A DNA stretch of 63,833 nucleotides, taken from Lama glama (lineage: Eukaryota). Shown piece by piece: positions 25,396 to 36,315 of this stretch (positions within the stretch are counted from its first letter, which is position 1; the number at the start of each line of letters is the position of its first letter). The notes under the pieces were generated by a model. That model was not told the origin of the DNA. It ran no database searches and saw only the letters and a list, made by a program, of their open reading frames with translations. The translations under genes were made by a program, and so were the position numbers. The stretch lies in contig CM052817.1 of NCBI GenBank assembly GCA_028534125.1, positions 106,394,001 to 106,457,833 of the forward strand, given 5' to 3'.

Positions 25396-26128
25396 AAAAG
25401 TACCTACTTGTGAAGTGAACAGCGGTTAAGAACCGAAAGGGATCTTCATCTGAGAACTGCTTCACAAATGAGTTTAAATGGAATTGAGCATCCGTAGATC
25501 TAAGGCTCATATAAAACAGTGTACTTGCCAGTGGACGGGAGTCAGGAAGTCCTAGCATGCAGGACTGAGAGCCTGATCTCCAAATTCCCCAATATCCCAC
25601 GGGAAAGAAAATCTGGCCTGCAGGGATAACCTGGCTGTTTATTTACACATGGCATCTCAAAGAAAAAAGTTGATGTGACTACAAAACTGCCAGACAGGGC
25701 AGGCTAAGCCTAGACGTTAAAAAAGTAAAGCACAAGAAAAGCAGAGAGATTAAAATTAAAAGCACGTGAGGAAACATAATGTTACAAAAAGGCACCTAAC
25801 CAACTGAATAATTAGCAGATAAAGTCACTAATGATATGTAAACAGCACCACATTCTCAAAGGATGTTAAAAATAAGCACAAAGGAGACCTTCCAAGGAGT
25901 GAAGGAAGAAAACTACCCGTAAAGACAATAAGAAATTATAAAAACAAAAAAGGTGCGTAAATCAAAACCAGACAGACATCCAAAAGAATTAACTGGGGGC
26001 AGGGTTATCTCAACACCTGTTCGTAAAGACTATCAGAAGCAGTTTGCTTTCCGTCGGCAAGGCCAGCAAACCACCTTACTGCCCCATCTCAGGGGGAAAT
26101 AAACTCTCCAGTCCTACATCATAATTTT

Positions 26129-26451
26129 TAATTTTGTTTTGTTTTGTTTTTAAGACTTTTTTTTTTTTTAGCAGTTTAAGGTTTGCAACAAAATAGACAG
26201 GAAGGTACAGACGTTCCCTACATACTCCCTCTCCACACATATGCATCATCTTTATTTTCATTTACCAGGGTGGTACTTTTGTTTTTATAACTAAGGATGA
26301 ACATACTTTGAGACATTATAATTGCCAAAGTCCACAGTTTGCCTTAGTTCGGGCAAAAGTATGATAACATAGATCTCCATTGTTATAATGTTGTACAAAA
26401 TATTTTCATTGCTCCGAAAACCTTCTGTCCTCCAGAATGGCACATGGAATC
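26129..26451 (-). mobile_element. Old L1 (L1MC/L1MD-type) 3' end forming the 3' half of a chimeric insert
   Basis: T-rich tail, tagcagtttaaggtttgcaacaaaatagacaggaaggtacaga, gatgaacatactttgagacattataattgccaaagtccacag; homologous to 10232-10452. Confidence 0.85.
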
Positions 26452-26639
26452 TCTTTTTTTTTTCCCTTGAAAAGAGGTTGAAAGCATTTATGTCTATAAG
26501 ACTACTCATGGCCCACCCATGCATGGACCAGACAGGCTCTAGGTGGCAAATTCCCCCACTAAATAGTGTGGCTTTTCTTCCACTATTGAGCCCTGTCCCA
26601 CTGGTCCTGCCCAGCAGCCATGTGGAGGTGCAGAGGGAC

Positions 26640-26769
26640 ACGTGTAGGGTATGTGTTCATAGAAAGGCCTCAAGTTTTGTGCCCCTCATCACAATGAACC
26701 CAGATTCCTGTTGGGTGTGTTGTAAACAGAGGAGTCATTTCCTCAGGTCCCCTGCTCTGAGTGCACCCC
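26640..26769 (-). ncRNA. SNORA11: Retrocopy of an H/ACA box snoRNA, SNORA11 (U107)-like; functional status unknown
   Basis: Minus strand ggggtgcactcagagcagggg...ctcctctgtttacaacacaccc, H box ACAGGA (26711-26706), second hairpin, ACA (26645-26643) plus 3 nt; 130 nt; matches my recollection of the SNORA11 family sequence. Confidence 0.8.
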
Positions 26770-29767
26770 ACCTATATCATAATTTTGTTCATAAGGATCT
26801 TTATTATCGTTTCCTTCCACAAGATATCACACTGGTCCTTCATATGTATGTCATTGTGCCGAGTGGACTTAGTGAGCAAGAAGTAGCAACTATCCTACAC
26901 TTCCTGATAAGATATTTGCACGACGCAGAGGAGGAGGTAAATCTCGTGAAGCTTCAGAAGGCTTCTACCTCAGTGAAATTTCTAGGGCTCAAGTGGTGCG
27001 GTCCATGGCAACATACACTTTCTAAGGTGAAGGATGAGTTGCTACATCTGGCCCTTGTGACGACCAAAAGAGAGGGACACTGTCTAGAGAGAGACTCTGG
27101 ATTTCGGAGGTAACATGTTCCTCGTCTGAGCATGTCACATCATCTCAATTACCAGGTGACTTGAGAAGGTGCTACTTTTGAGTGGAGCCCAGAACATGAG
27201 AAGGGTCTGCAACAGGTCCAGGCTGCTACCCAAGCTGCTTTATCATCTGGGCCATGTGATCTCACAGATCCAATGGGGCTTCAGTGGCAGGTAAGGATGC
27301 TCTTTAAAGCTTTCCATGGGCCCTTACAGATATATCACAGCCCAGGCTCTGAGGGTTTTGGAAAAAAGGCCTGCCATCCTCTGAAAATAACCACTCCCCT
27401 TTAGAGACAGGGCTCCTGGCTGCTGCTGAGCTTTCGTAGAGACATGCTTCATCACGGACCACCAAGTTACCACACGACCTAGGCTGCCCATCGTGAACTG
27501 GGTGTCATCTGAACCACCAACCCATAAAGTTGGGCACACACATCAGTACCCCATCTTCCAATGGAAGTGGTTTATACACAATTGGGACTGAGCAGGCCCT
27601 GAAGGCACAAGCAAGTTAAATGAAAAAGTGGCCCAAATGTCCATGGTCTCCCTCTTGCTACTCTGTCTTCCCTCCCCTAGTCTCAGATGTGACCCTGTGG
27701 GGAGCTCCCTATGATCAGGGGAAAAAGAGGGAGAAAACTTGGGCCTGGTTTACAGATGAGTCTGCATAGGATGCAGGCACCTCCTGAATGTGGACAGCTG
27801 CCTGCTTCTCCTGCCTGGGACAACCTTGAAGGACAGTGGTGAAGGGCCCACCAAAGGGGTGGCCTCAGCTGGGGAATATTTTAATGATCAAATGGATAGA
27901 ATGATCTTTTCTGTGGATACCGGTCAGCTTTTTCTCCAGCCTCCCCTGTCGTCACCCAAAGGACTCACGGACGAAGTGGCCATGGTGGCAGGGATGGAGG
28001 TGATCACGGACTCAGAAGCATGGACTTCCACTCATCAAGGCTGATCTGGTTCCTGTGTCAGCGGCACAGACCAACACTGAGTCCCTGATTCAGCACCGTT
28101 TCCAGGGTTGGTCAGCCAGCTACCTGGTGACAGGCTGATTTCGCTGGATCACTTCCATCATGGAAGGGCAGCATTTTGTTCTCACTCTAACAGGCAATCT
28201 GGATATGGATTTGTTTTCCCTGCACACATTGCTACTGCAATGCTACTACCCATGAATTTTTAAAAAATGACTTGGCCGTCATCATGGTCTTCGACACGGC
28301 ATTGCTTCTGATCAAGGGACTCCCTTCACAGCTAATGAAGTGCATGGTGGCGCTGTGCTTGCGGATTCAATGATATCACCATGCTGCCCGCTATCCTGAA
28401 GTAGCTGGTATAGCAGAATGGCAGAGGGCCCTATGCAAGGCTTAACTATTGTACCAGCTAGGGGGGTGACAGTTCCCTGTGGGGCTGGGGCGAAGGTTTT
28501 CCAGAAGGCTCTATATGATCTGAGTCAGCATCCAATCGATGATACTGCTTCTCTCATAACCAGGATTTACTTGTAGACCCAGAATCAAGGGAACTGACAT
28601 AAACAGCAGTTTTGCCTCTTCCTTATTCATCCTGTTTGTTGTTTCTGCTGGCCTTAAACATTAATTATAAACATGAGACAATCTTTGACAATCATTGTGC
28701 ATATTCAAATGAAATTGTCAAAATGACTAGAGTTTTCCTTATTCTTTACCACCAACCATGAAATAGTTTATTGCTTGATCAAAAGTCACTTGGGCATCTT
28801 ACAGTTTCAAGAATGCACAAAATAAATGAGAAACAGACAGACATAAAGATTAAAGTAGAATACTTATATCATTATCATCTAATGCTAGAATAAATTGCTC
28901 TAAGACCAACTAATAAGTTTCATAAAAATGATAACACATTTGACCAGTTGTTTCAAGGGCTTGTGACATAAAATGTGTTGCTCTCAAGTTCACTTACACA
29001 CAACGATAAATGAATCTAAGAGAAGAACATTAACAGTAAATATCTGCTTGAAAAGTAATTTATAAATGTTTATACAAGTAGATTCTGGAGCTAAGCAATT
29101 TTAGTTTCAACAAACACTGTGATTAAGATTTATAGATAAGTATGTAGTCAACTAAGAAAGGTATTGAACATATAGGTTTTATTTAAAGTATTATTTCTAG
29201 ATTTTTTTCAATTGCATTTCAACTCATGTGGGATATAAATTATTCTGAGTCAGAATTTATATGATTCTAACCTATACACACATAAAAAGTTAATATTCAG
29301 TAATAATCCTTACTGTGAAGCTGTAATGTTAAAATACTGTTTTTCTCATAACAAATTCCTAAGACATTTGCATTATTTATTTCTGAACAGTATTACTATG
29401 TTGGAAAAATATATGACAAATAAAACCTGTTTCAGCATTATTTAAACTATCTTCATGATCAATCAATTCCTTTATTTAAGCTAGTCTGAAAGACCAATTT
29501 CTTGAACATAAAACTCTCCTCCATTTTAATAATGTTTTAGTAAGACTTACGTTGATTTTTAGAGAAAAAAAAAAAACCTTAAATTGCTCTGGGTAATAGG
29601 TAATGACAGCAAAATGCATAGGTAAACAAGGAGTAACAGGAATAACTTCAGTAGCCAGACAGCCAGGCCTGAGGACTATGATAAAGTAGGTCACTCCCAG
29701 TTGAGGACCATGGCAATAGGTTGAGACTGTACTTTGCTACTGGGTCACTCTACCTTCTGTCTACTGC

Positions 29768-29833
29768 TTTATTTATTTGTTTGTTTATTTATTCATTTAT
29801 TCATCTATTCATTCATTCATTCATTCATTCATT
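29768..29833. repeat. (TTTA)/(TTCA)n simple repeat
   Basis: Directly visible tetranucleotide array. Confidence 0.9.
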
Positions 29834-32800
29834 CCTTTTGGAACTTTTATTCCACAATGATGTTTCCATCAAGCTCTGCAGTACATGACAGATGTCTAGA
29901 CTTATGATTACAGAAGGGACATTTTCCTTAGTGTATTTATGGTCTAAGCCATTGGGAAGGATTGAGATTCAACTGTCACAACCAGTGAAAACTTGGGTGC
30001 GGAGCCAGGACCAAGGATGTGATTCTGTCTACTGCTTTAGCTATGGTTTCTCAGCACCGTGCCCTTGGTTGACAGCCTTCTCTCTTGTCTTTTTGTTTTT
30101 CTTCCACATGTTGCTTTTATTTGATTATTTCTGTCTGTCTTGGATTCAAGGTCCCCAAGAGAGATCACCTGATTGGATCAATTTTGAACAATGGTAGACT
30201 TTAGGACAGAGCTCCCAGGTGCTCCCAGGTGGCCTACAAAAGGCTGTCTCTAAGGGGAGTGCTGGTCCTTGGTCTAATTGGTTGTGATCTTCATGGTAGG
30301 ATAATGTGGGACATCTCAGAAAGAGGTGGACCTAGGTGATCCACTAGGTAGACCAGTGGATCAGAACCTCTGAGACTTTACCAAAACAGACAATGTAAAT
30401 GACAAGCACTTCGTAGATCTTCTCCAATACAGACGCGATGTTTTAGATGTGACAGTGTCCAATCCAGCCTATTGTGCCTGTATTGGTAAGACTCCCCTTC
30501 TGTATTTCATTTATGTTAGAATGGAATAGAATAGAATATCCAGAGCAAGATCTAAGAATTGGAAAAGAGCAATCAGACATAGTGGCCTTCAATTAAAATA
30601 ATAGAATTAGGCAAGGTCAGGAAGTGAGTTTTTTATATATGTGAAAAACCAAGTTATACTAGCACGAGTGACATTATTCTTACAGGCAAGCACACTTTAT
30701 AGCTCTAGGTAAAAAAATTAGCCCTTATGAGAAGATTTTCTTGTAAATGCTTCTTAGACAATATAAGAAAAAAAACTCCAGCAATCTCAAAAAAAAAAAA
30801 AAAACACCCCACAACTGAGAATCATTCCAAATTCTCTCATGCTTGCTTCTGCTCTAAAGTCTTAAATGTTTCTTCTTTTTATTCAAAAATAGACATTGGA
30901 ACGACAGGTGGAGCACCAATGAACACTGTGGTGAGAAGTGATAAAGTTCACATGACTTGGAATGGGTAAGGGACTGGCTGATTTGGGGGTGTAGGAGCAG
31001 TGGGCCAAATACATTCGGGCAGGAAGAAGGTTTTACAGAACAGAAGGTGATAAGCAGAAAGGGGCAAGAGGAGCAGGAGTGGACTCAGAGCGCAGTCACA
31101 GTCCGAATGGTGACAGTGAACGCCTGCCTTTTTATCTGGTCATTAAGTGGCTGTGCATCCTCCTGTCCCTCCATGGCTTGGGTCTGATATCTGAACTATT
31201 TAATAAAGTTAAGCTTACATGATCTATTTCCTAGAGGAGGTGTTTGTGTCTTGGATGGACACTCAGAATGAAATACTTCCCTCTTCTTTCCAGTAATAGT
31301 TGGCAACAGAGGTAACTTATCTGGGGGGCGGTGGATAGTATGTTATCAGAGATTCATCAAATACACATGGCTGGAGAAGGAAAAAAAAGATGAGACTGCA
31401 GCCTCACCTTTCCCATAGCTAATGATCCAAGAGAAAAAGAGCCTACGGCGCAGGTAAGCTGGGCACACACAGGTGAACATAAAAGTCAGGGTTACTATTT
31501 TAAGAGCAGTGCATTTGGAGAAACTATGATCTTTCAACTTTTACTTGTAGAAGAAAAAAATCCTTCTATATTGCCTTTGTACTGATTAACAATATGATGG
31601 TTGTAAACCTCCTTATCTTAGCTACCTTGATGTATTCTAACCACCCACTCATGACACCCCCCATTTGGAGATGATAAAATCTACTAATTGGACCAGAACT
31701 GAAACTTGGAGTCCAGTCTAGGTCTGAAGTGAGTTAAAACACTTTATATTTCATCACATCTTTGTCATCTTTTAGGTCTTCAATTACATGCCTAACACAA
31801 ATATTTTGATCATTTTGGGGCTTAAATATTAAAAGATCTGTTTATTGAGTATATGTCTTTCAAAGCAAATATCTACATTGCTTGTCATGGATTGAAAACT
31901 GTTACCAAGTGAGATCACAGCAAATAAACTCTAGCGCCATCCAGCCCCTGGAAACCAGGAAAGGAAATATAGGATCAATATACTCCTTAGCAGGTATTTT
32001 AGTCTGCGAGTTGTATGACATTTTTCTAAAAAACACAAAGAAAAACATTTGGATGATATAGACACTTATGAAAAAGAGTTTTTATATATGACATAAAGGA
32101 GTATTTTTATATTGTGATATATGGCAAAAACGTACCATTGTTCTCACTGTGGAGAATTAAAATATGTTAGGTACACACACATACACATATATATTGTATA
32201 TACAATTATTTTATATACTCACCCTAATGTTTCAAACTTATGGATTGCTAGAAATAGAAAAAAAAGGAAACAATATTAATGAGCAGCCTGTGGACAATAT
32301 AAATGGTAACACATTTTAAAGCTTAAATACGAATTCTTTTTAAAGAATTATTTTTGCTATTTTTTTTAAAAATATGAAATCTTGTTGCTTTTCTCTCCCA
32401 GATTCCTAGGATTGGGTGAATTAGGAGAGCTAACAGAGTGATCACGGGCACTAAACTCAAAGAAAAATCTGAGCCCTAAAATCTGGCTTAGTTTTAAGCT
32501 GAGCCACTATTCTTTGATAATGGACCATTCGCGCTATGGGAAAAAAAAAATAGCAGAAAAATGTATCTGTCTTTTAGGCCATAAAGGCTAGGCATCATAG
32601 TCAAAATAGCTCACATTTTTTCCACACTTAACTGTGTTTATTACTTCCAGAGCAACCCAATACACGCTATATAAAATAAGAATATACGTCTCTATTACAG
32701 CAGTTAGTTTTGATGTCTGTTCCCTCTCATAGTTCATACTTAGTTTTTTTCCCCTCCAGTAAAAGTCCTCTGATGTACTAGCGATGGTGTATGCAGAGTG

Positions 32801-33107
32801 AGTCTCCTTCTTTTCAAACACCTAACCCTTTTGTGTCAAAACACAGACTTACAGAGAAATTTGTCTGTTAAATATGTATTCTACTAAGGTCAAGAAGAGC
32901 TATAAGCCTTTTTTAAAAATTATGAGCATTAGGTAAAGCAGATTATTTCTACAGTCCTTGTAGTTTAATGAGACTTTTGAAAATAACATGTTTAGCCTGT
33001 GGAACCATATATTTTAACAATATTAAATATGAAATATTCAATATATGCTTGGCCTTGTTTGTGTGGACGTTATTTATCCACAGCCTGGAAACAATTAAAA
33101 AAAAAAA

Positions 33108-33145
33108 CTAAACTGACTATAACTCAATAAAAAAATGTTTAAAAA
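33108..33145 (+). mobile_element. Extremely short L1 3' tail
   Basis: taaactgactataactcaataaaaaaa matches the extreme 3' end of the young L1 copies in this window. Confidence 0.7.
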
Positions 33146-33544
33146 TTTTTTTTAAAAATTGAGATAGGTTATCTTTTTTGATCATAAGAGATCAAAATGA
33201 AAATAAAGGGCAATGATCATAAATAAATAAATAAACAAACAAACAAATAAATAAATAAATAAATACACTCTAGGGCAATGGACATGTCACATATCAAACT
33301 CCTAGGGCTGCAAAGCCAAGAAAGTAGTAAACTCAGATAGACAAAGGCTACATCCATACATATAATTTGAAGCAAAAGTTTGAGACATCTAGACAACCAA
33401 AAATACTTCAGCTTTTCTAAGAAGATCAGGTACAAAAGGTAGGAGTAAAATTTCATTTGAATTGACTTGGACACAACATCAATTGCCCCTTGGAAGACAT
33501 TGCCAGGCTTTCAAAATACTGCTTTAAAAATAACATTCTGAAAA

Positions 33545-33665
33545 GGAAAAAATATATATATATGTCTGTATATGTATAACTGAATCACTTTTCTGTACAC
33601 CTGAAACTAACATTGTAAATCCACTATGCTTCAATAAAAATCTTTTTTAAAAAATTAAAAATTAA
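33545..33665 (+). mobile_element. Short L1 3' end
   Basis: tatgtataactgaatcacttttctgtacacctgaaactaacattgtaaatccactatgcttcaataaaa. Confidence 0.88.
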
Positions 33666-34825
33666 AATTAGATAAATAAATAAACAAACCCACGATTTTG
33701 GCAACATTAACTTCAATCATTTTTTTCCAGCCAATTTATTAATCAAAGTAATTTTAATAAAATATTATAGTTAAAAATATAACACTCTGCATCTTTAGAA
33801 TGTATTTCCATTTTTCATGTGCATATTTCTCAATAATTAGGACCATGCATTATGTAAAAGTGGGCCAGGTGATTGCAAATCTGCAAGACATTGAAGTTCA
33901 CTTTACTGCTTCTAAGCAGCACATCTTTTTAGCCATGACCATTCATAACATTTTGAAACTCCTGCTATTAAAAAAAAATCATACTCTGATTCTCGACTTC
34001 CCCTAGCCCACTCAGGAGCATTGCTTACATATTATCAAGATGAAATTCTGTCCAACGAGAAGCGCTTAAGCAGAAAATCTCTTCTGCTAACACAGTTGAC
34101 TTGGCAAGTACATGGCCTGTATAAAAAGGAAAGTTTACAAATATTCAGTATTTGTTATTTCCAACACTTTGAGTTAAATATTTCTAGAATGCTATGTTAG
34201 AGGAAAAAGAAAATGATGTCAGTCATATATTTGTGAAATAAATATTGATACTTTCCAGAAATATATGACATCAAAATTCAGCATTTTGTTTGACGGAAAA
34301 GAAATAGAAATTTTGGCAACTATGAGCATCTACTCCTTGTAAACATCTGAATTACAAAACTTGAGGTCGTTTTTTATTTTCCCCCAAGCAAAATAAAGTG
34401 CATTTGATATTTATTCATGGAAGTCAGAGGGGAAAACTTCCGGCATCCTTTACTTAATATGTGTGTTTTTCCTCTCTTACATCAGTCTGCTTGATTCTCT
34501 ATTACGAGATAGAAATGTAGCTTGGCTCTAAACGAACAATCCTTAAATAAAAAATTGTGCTTGCTCTTTCTTCTACTTGCATTAACAAAGGACATGAAGG
34601 AAGATGTAACTCCAGACGTATAGCTTGCACCTGTAGAAGAATTTGTGCGAGGCAATAATCTGGGTTTTGTTCAAATTGAAAAGCCATCTTTTGATAATGG
34701 ACAATTTGCTTAGAAATAAAGAATTTGAATGCATAGTATGCACTCATGCTACCTTGTTTTCAGATTCACTCAAAACAACATAGTATGCAGTTTATTTTCC
34801 TATTAAAGAAAAAGAAATTGGTCTA

Positions 34826-36315
34826 ACTCATTGTATAGGTCATTATTATCCTTATACCAAAAGCAAAGACACCACAAGAAAAGATAACTACAAGCCAATA
34901 TCTCCTATAAATATAGGCATAAAAACCTCAATAAAATACTAGCAAAGCCCATCGAGCAGCATATAAAAATAACTACACAAAACGATTTAGTAGGATATAT
35001 TCCAGAATGCAAGGTTGGAAGAACATCCAAAAATTACTTAATCTTTTTTCTTGTTTTTATTTGGGGGAAGATGGGTGAGGGAGGTAATTAGATTTGCTTA
35101 TTTATTTTTTTAATGGAAGCACTGGGGATTGAACCCAGGACCTAGTGCATGCTAAGCATGTATTTTACCACTTAAGCTATACCCTCCTCCTCTCAAAAAT
35201 AATTTATTCTAATGTAATCAACAGAATAAAAACCAAAAAACTTATGATTGTCTCATTACACAAAAAAGGATTTTGACAAAACTCAAAACCCTTTCATAAT
35301 GAAATTCAGTATTTCATGAAATACTAGAACTTTCTCCCTAAGAGTAGGAAAAAGAAAAGGATATATGCTCTCTCTATTTCTGAAAAACATTATACTGAAA
35401 GTTTTAACAAGAAGACAAAACAATGAAACATTCATTTGGAAAGAAAAACGTAGTTGTTTCTAGTTGCAGATGATATGTTTATTTATATAGAAAACTTTGA
35501 GAAATCCAATACAAATGTTTAGATGATACAAATAAGTTCAGCACATTTGCAGGACACAAGATCAATACACAAAATTCAATTCTATTTCAATACACTTGTA
35601 ATGAACAATCTGAAAATGAATTTACAATTTACAACAGTATCAAAACAATAAAACACTTAGGAATAAATTTAACAAAAGAAATGCAAAACCTGTTCTGAAA
35701 TTTGAAAATACTGTTGAAAAAAATTAGAGAAGATCTAAATAAATGGAAAAATATTCCATGTTTATGGATCAATAGGTTTAATATTATGAAGATGACAATA
35801 TTCCCTAGGTTGATGTACAGATTTGATACAAATCTTATCAGAATCCCACCTGAAAAATTTGTAGAAATGAACTAGCTGATTCTAAATTTCAGACAGAAAT
35901 CCAATGGACCCAGAATAGCAAAACAATCTTGAAAAAAAAAAAAGGATAAAGTAGGAGGACTTACATTTCTTGATTTCAAAACTTAATTCAAAGCAGAAGT
36001 AATCATGTCAGTGTGGTACTGATACATTGATAGAGACACAGATCAATGGAATAGAATTATAGGTGCAGAAGTAAATCCACGTGTCTATGGTTAACAGATT
36101 TTTGATAAGGGTGTCAAAAAATCAATAGGGAAAGAATATTTTTTTCAGCAAATAATGCTGGTATAATTGGAGAAGCACATTCGATTCAATAAAATTAGAT
36201 CCTTCTTCACCCCATGTATAAAAATTAACTCAAAATTGATCGAAGGCCCAAGCTTAAATAAACTGCCCAGAATAGACAAATACATAGAGAAAGCAAGTAA
36301 ATTAGCAGTTGAGGG
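34826..36315 (+). mobile_element. Old L1 ORF2 (RT and downstream) remnant with internal deletions
   Basis: ataccaaaagcaaagacaccacaagaaaagataactacaagccaatatctc; ttgcagatgatatg (ADD motif, about 35465); gatcaatggaatagaat; aaaattaactcaaaattgat. Confidence 0.9.
35044..35190 (-). mobile_element. tRNA-Ala-derived SINE (Vic-1-like), long form, inserted in L1
   Basis: gcactggggattgaacccaggacctagtgcatgctaagcatg...agctataccctcc; degenerate TSD caaaaattacttaatct/caaaaataatttattct. Confidence 0.95.

Larger units (their letters stand above)
26005..28592 (+). mobile_element. ERVL-class pol remnant (RT, RNase H, integrase), interrupted at 26129-26770
   Basis: KDYQKQFAFRRQGQQ before the insert; HNFVHKDL..LPQDITLV..SEQEVAT..SVKFLGLKW after it; AWFTDESA near 27745; IASDQGTPFTANEV near 28300; many stops and frameshifts. 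Confidence 0.92.

Noticed and set aside
24870..25990. Possible old L1ME/HAL1 5' region around the young L1
   Set aside because: Resemblance too weak to call without an alignment
26388..27113. Longest ORF (241 aa) as a novel RT-fusion gene
   Set aside because: It is a chance read-through of antisense L1, antisense snoRNA retrocopy and ERVL RT; the catalytic Y(I)DD position reads HMYV, and it lacks an ATG at the annotated start
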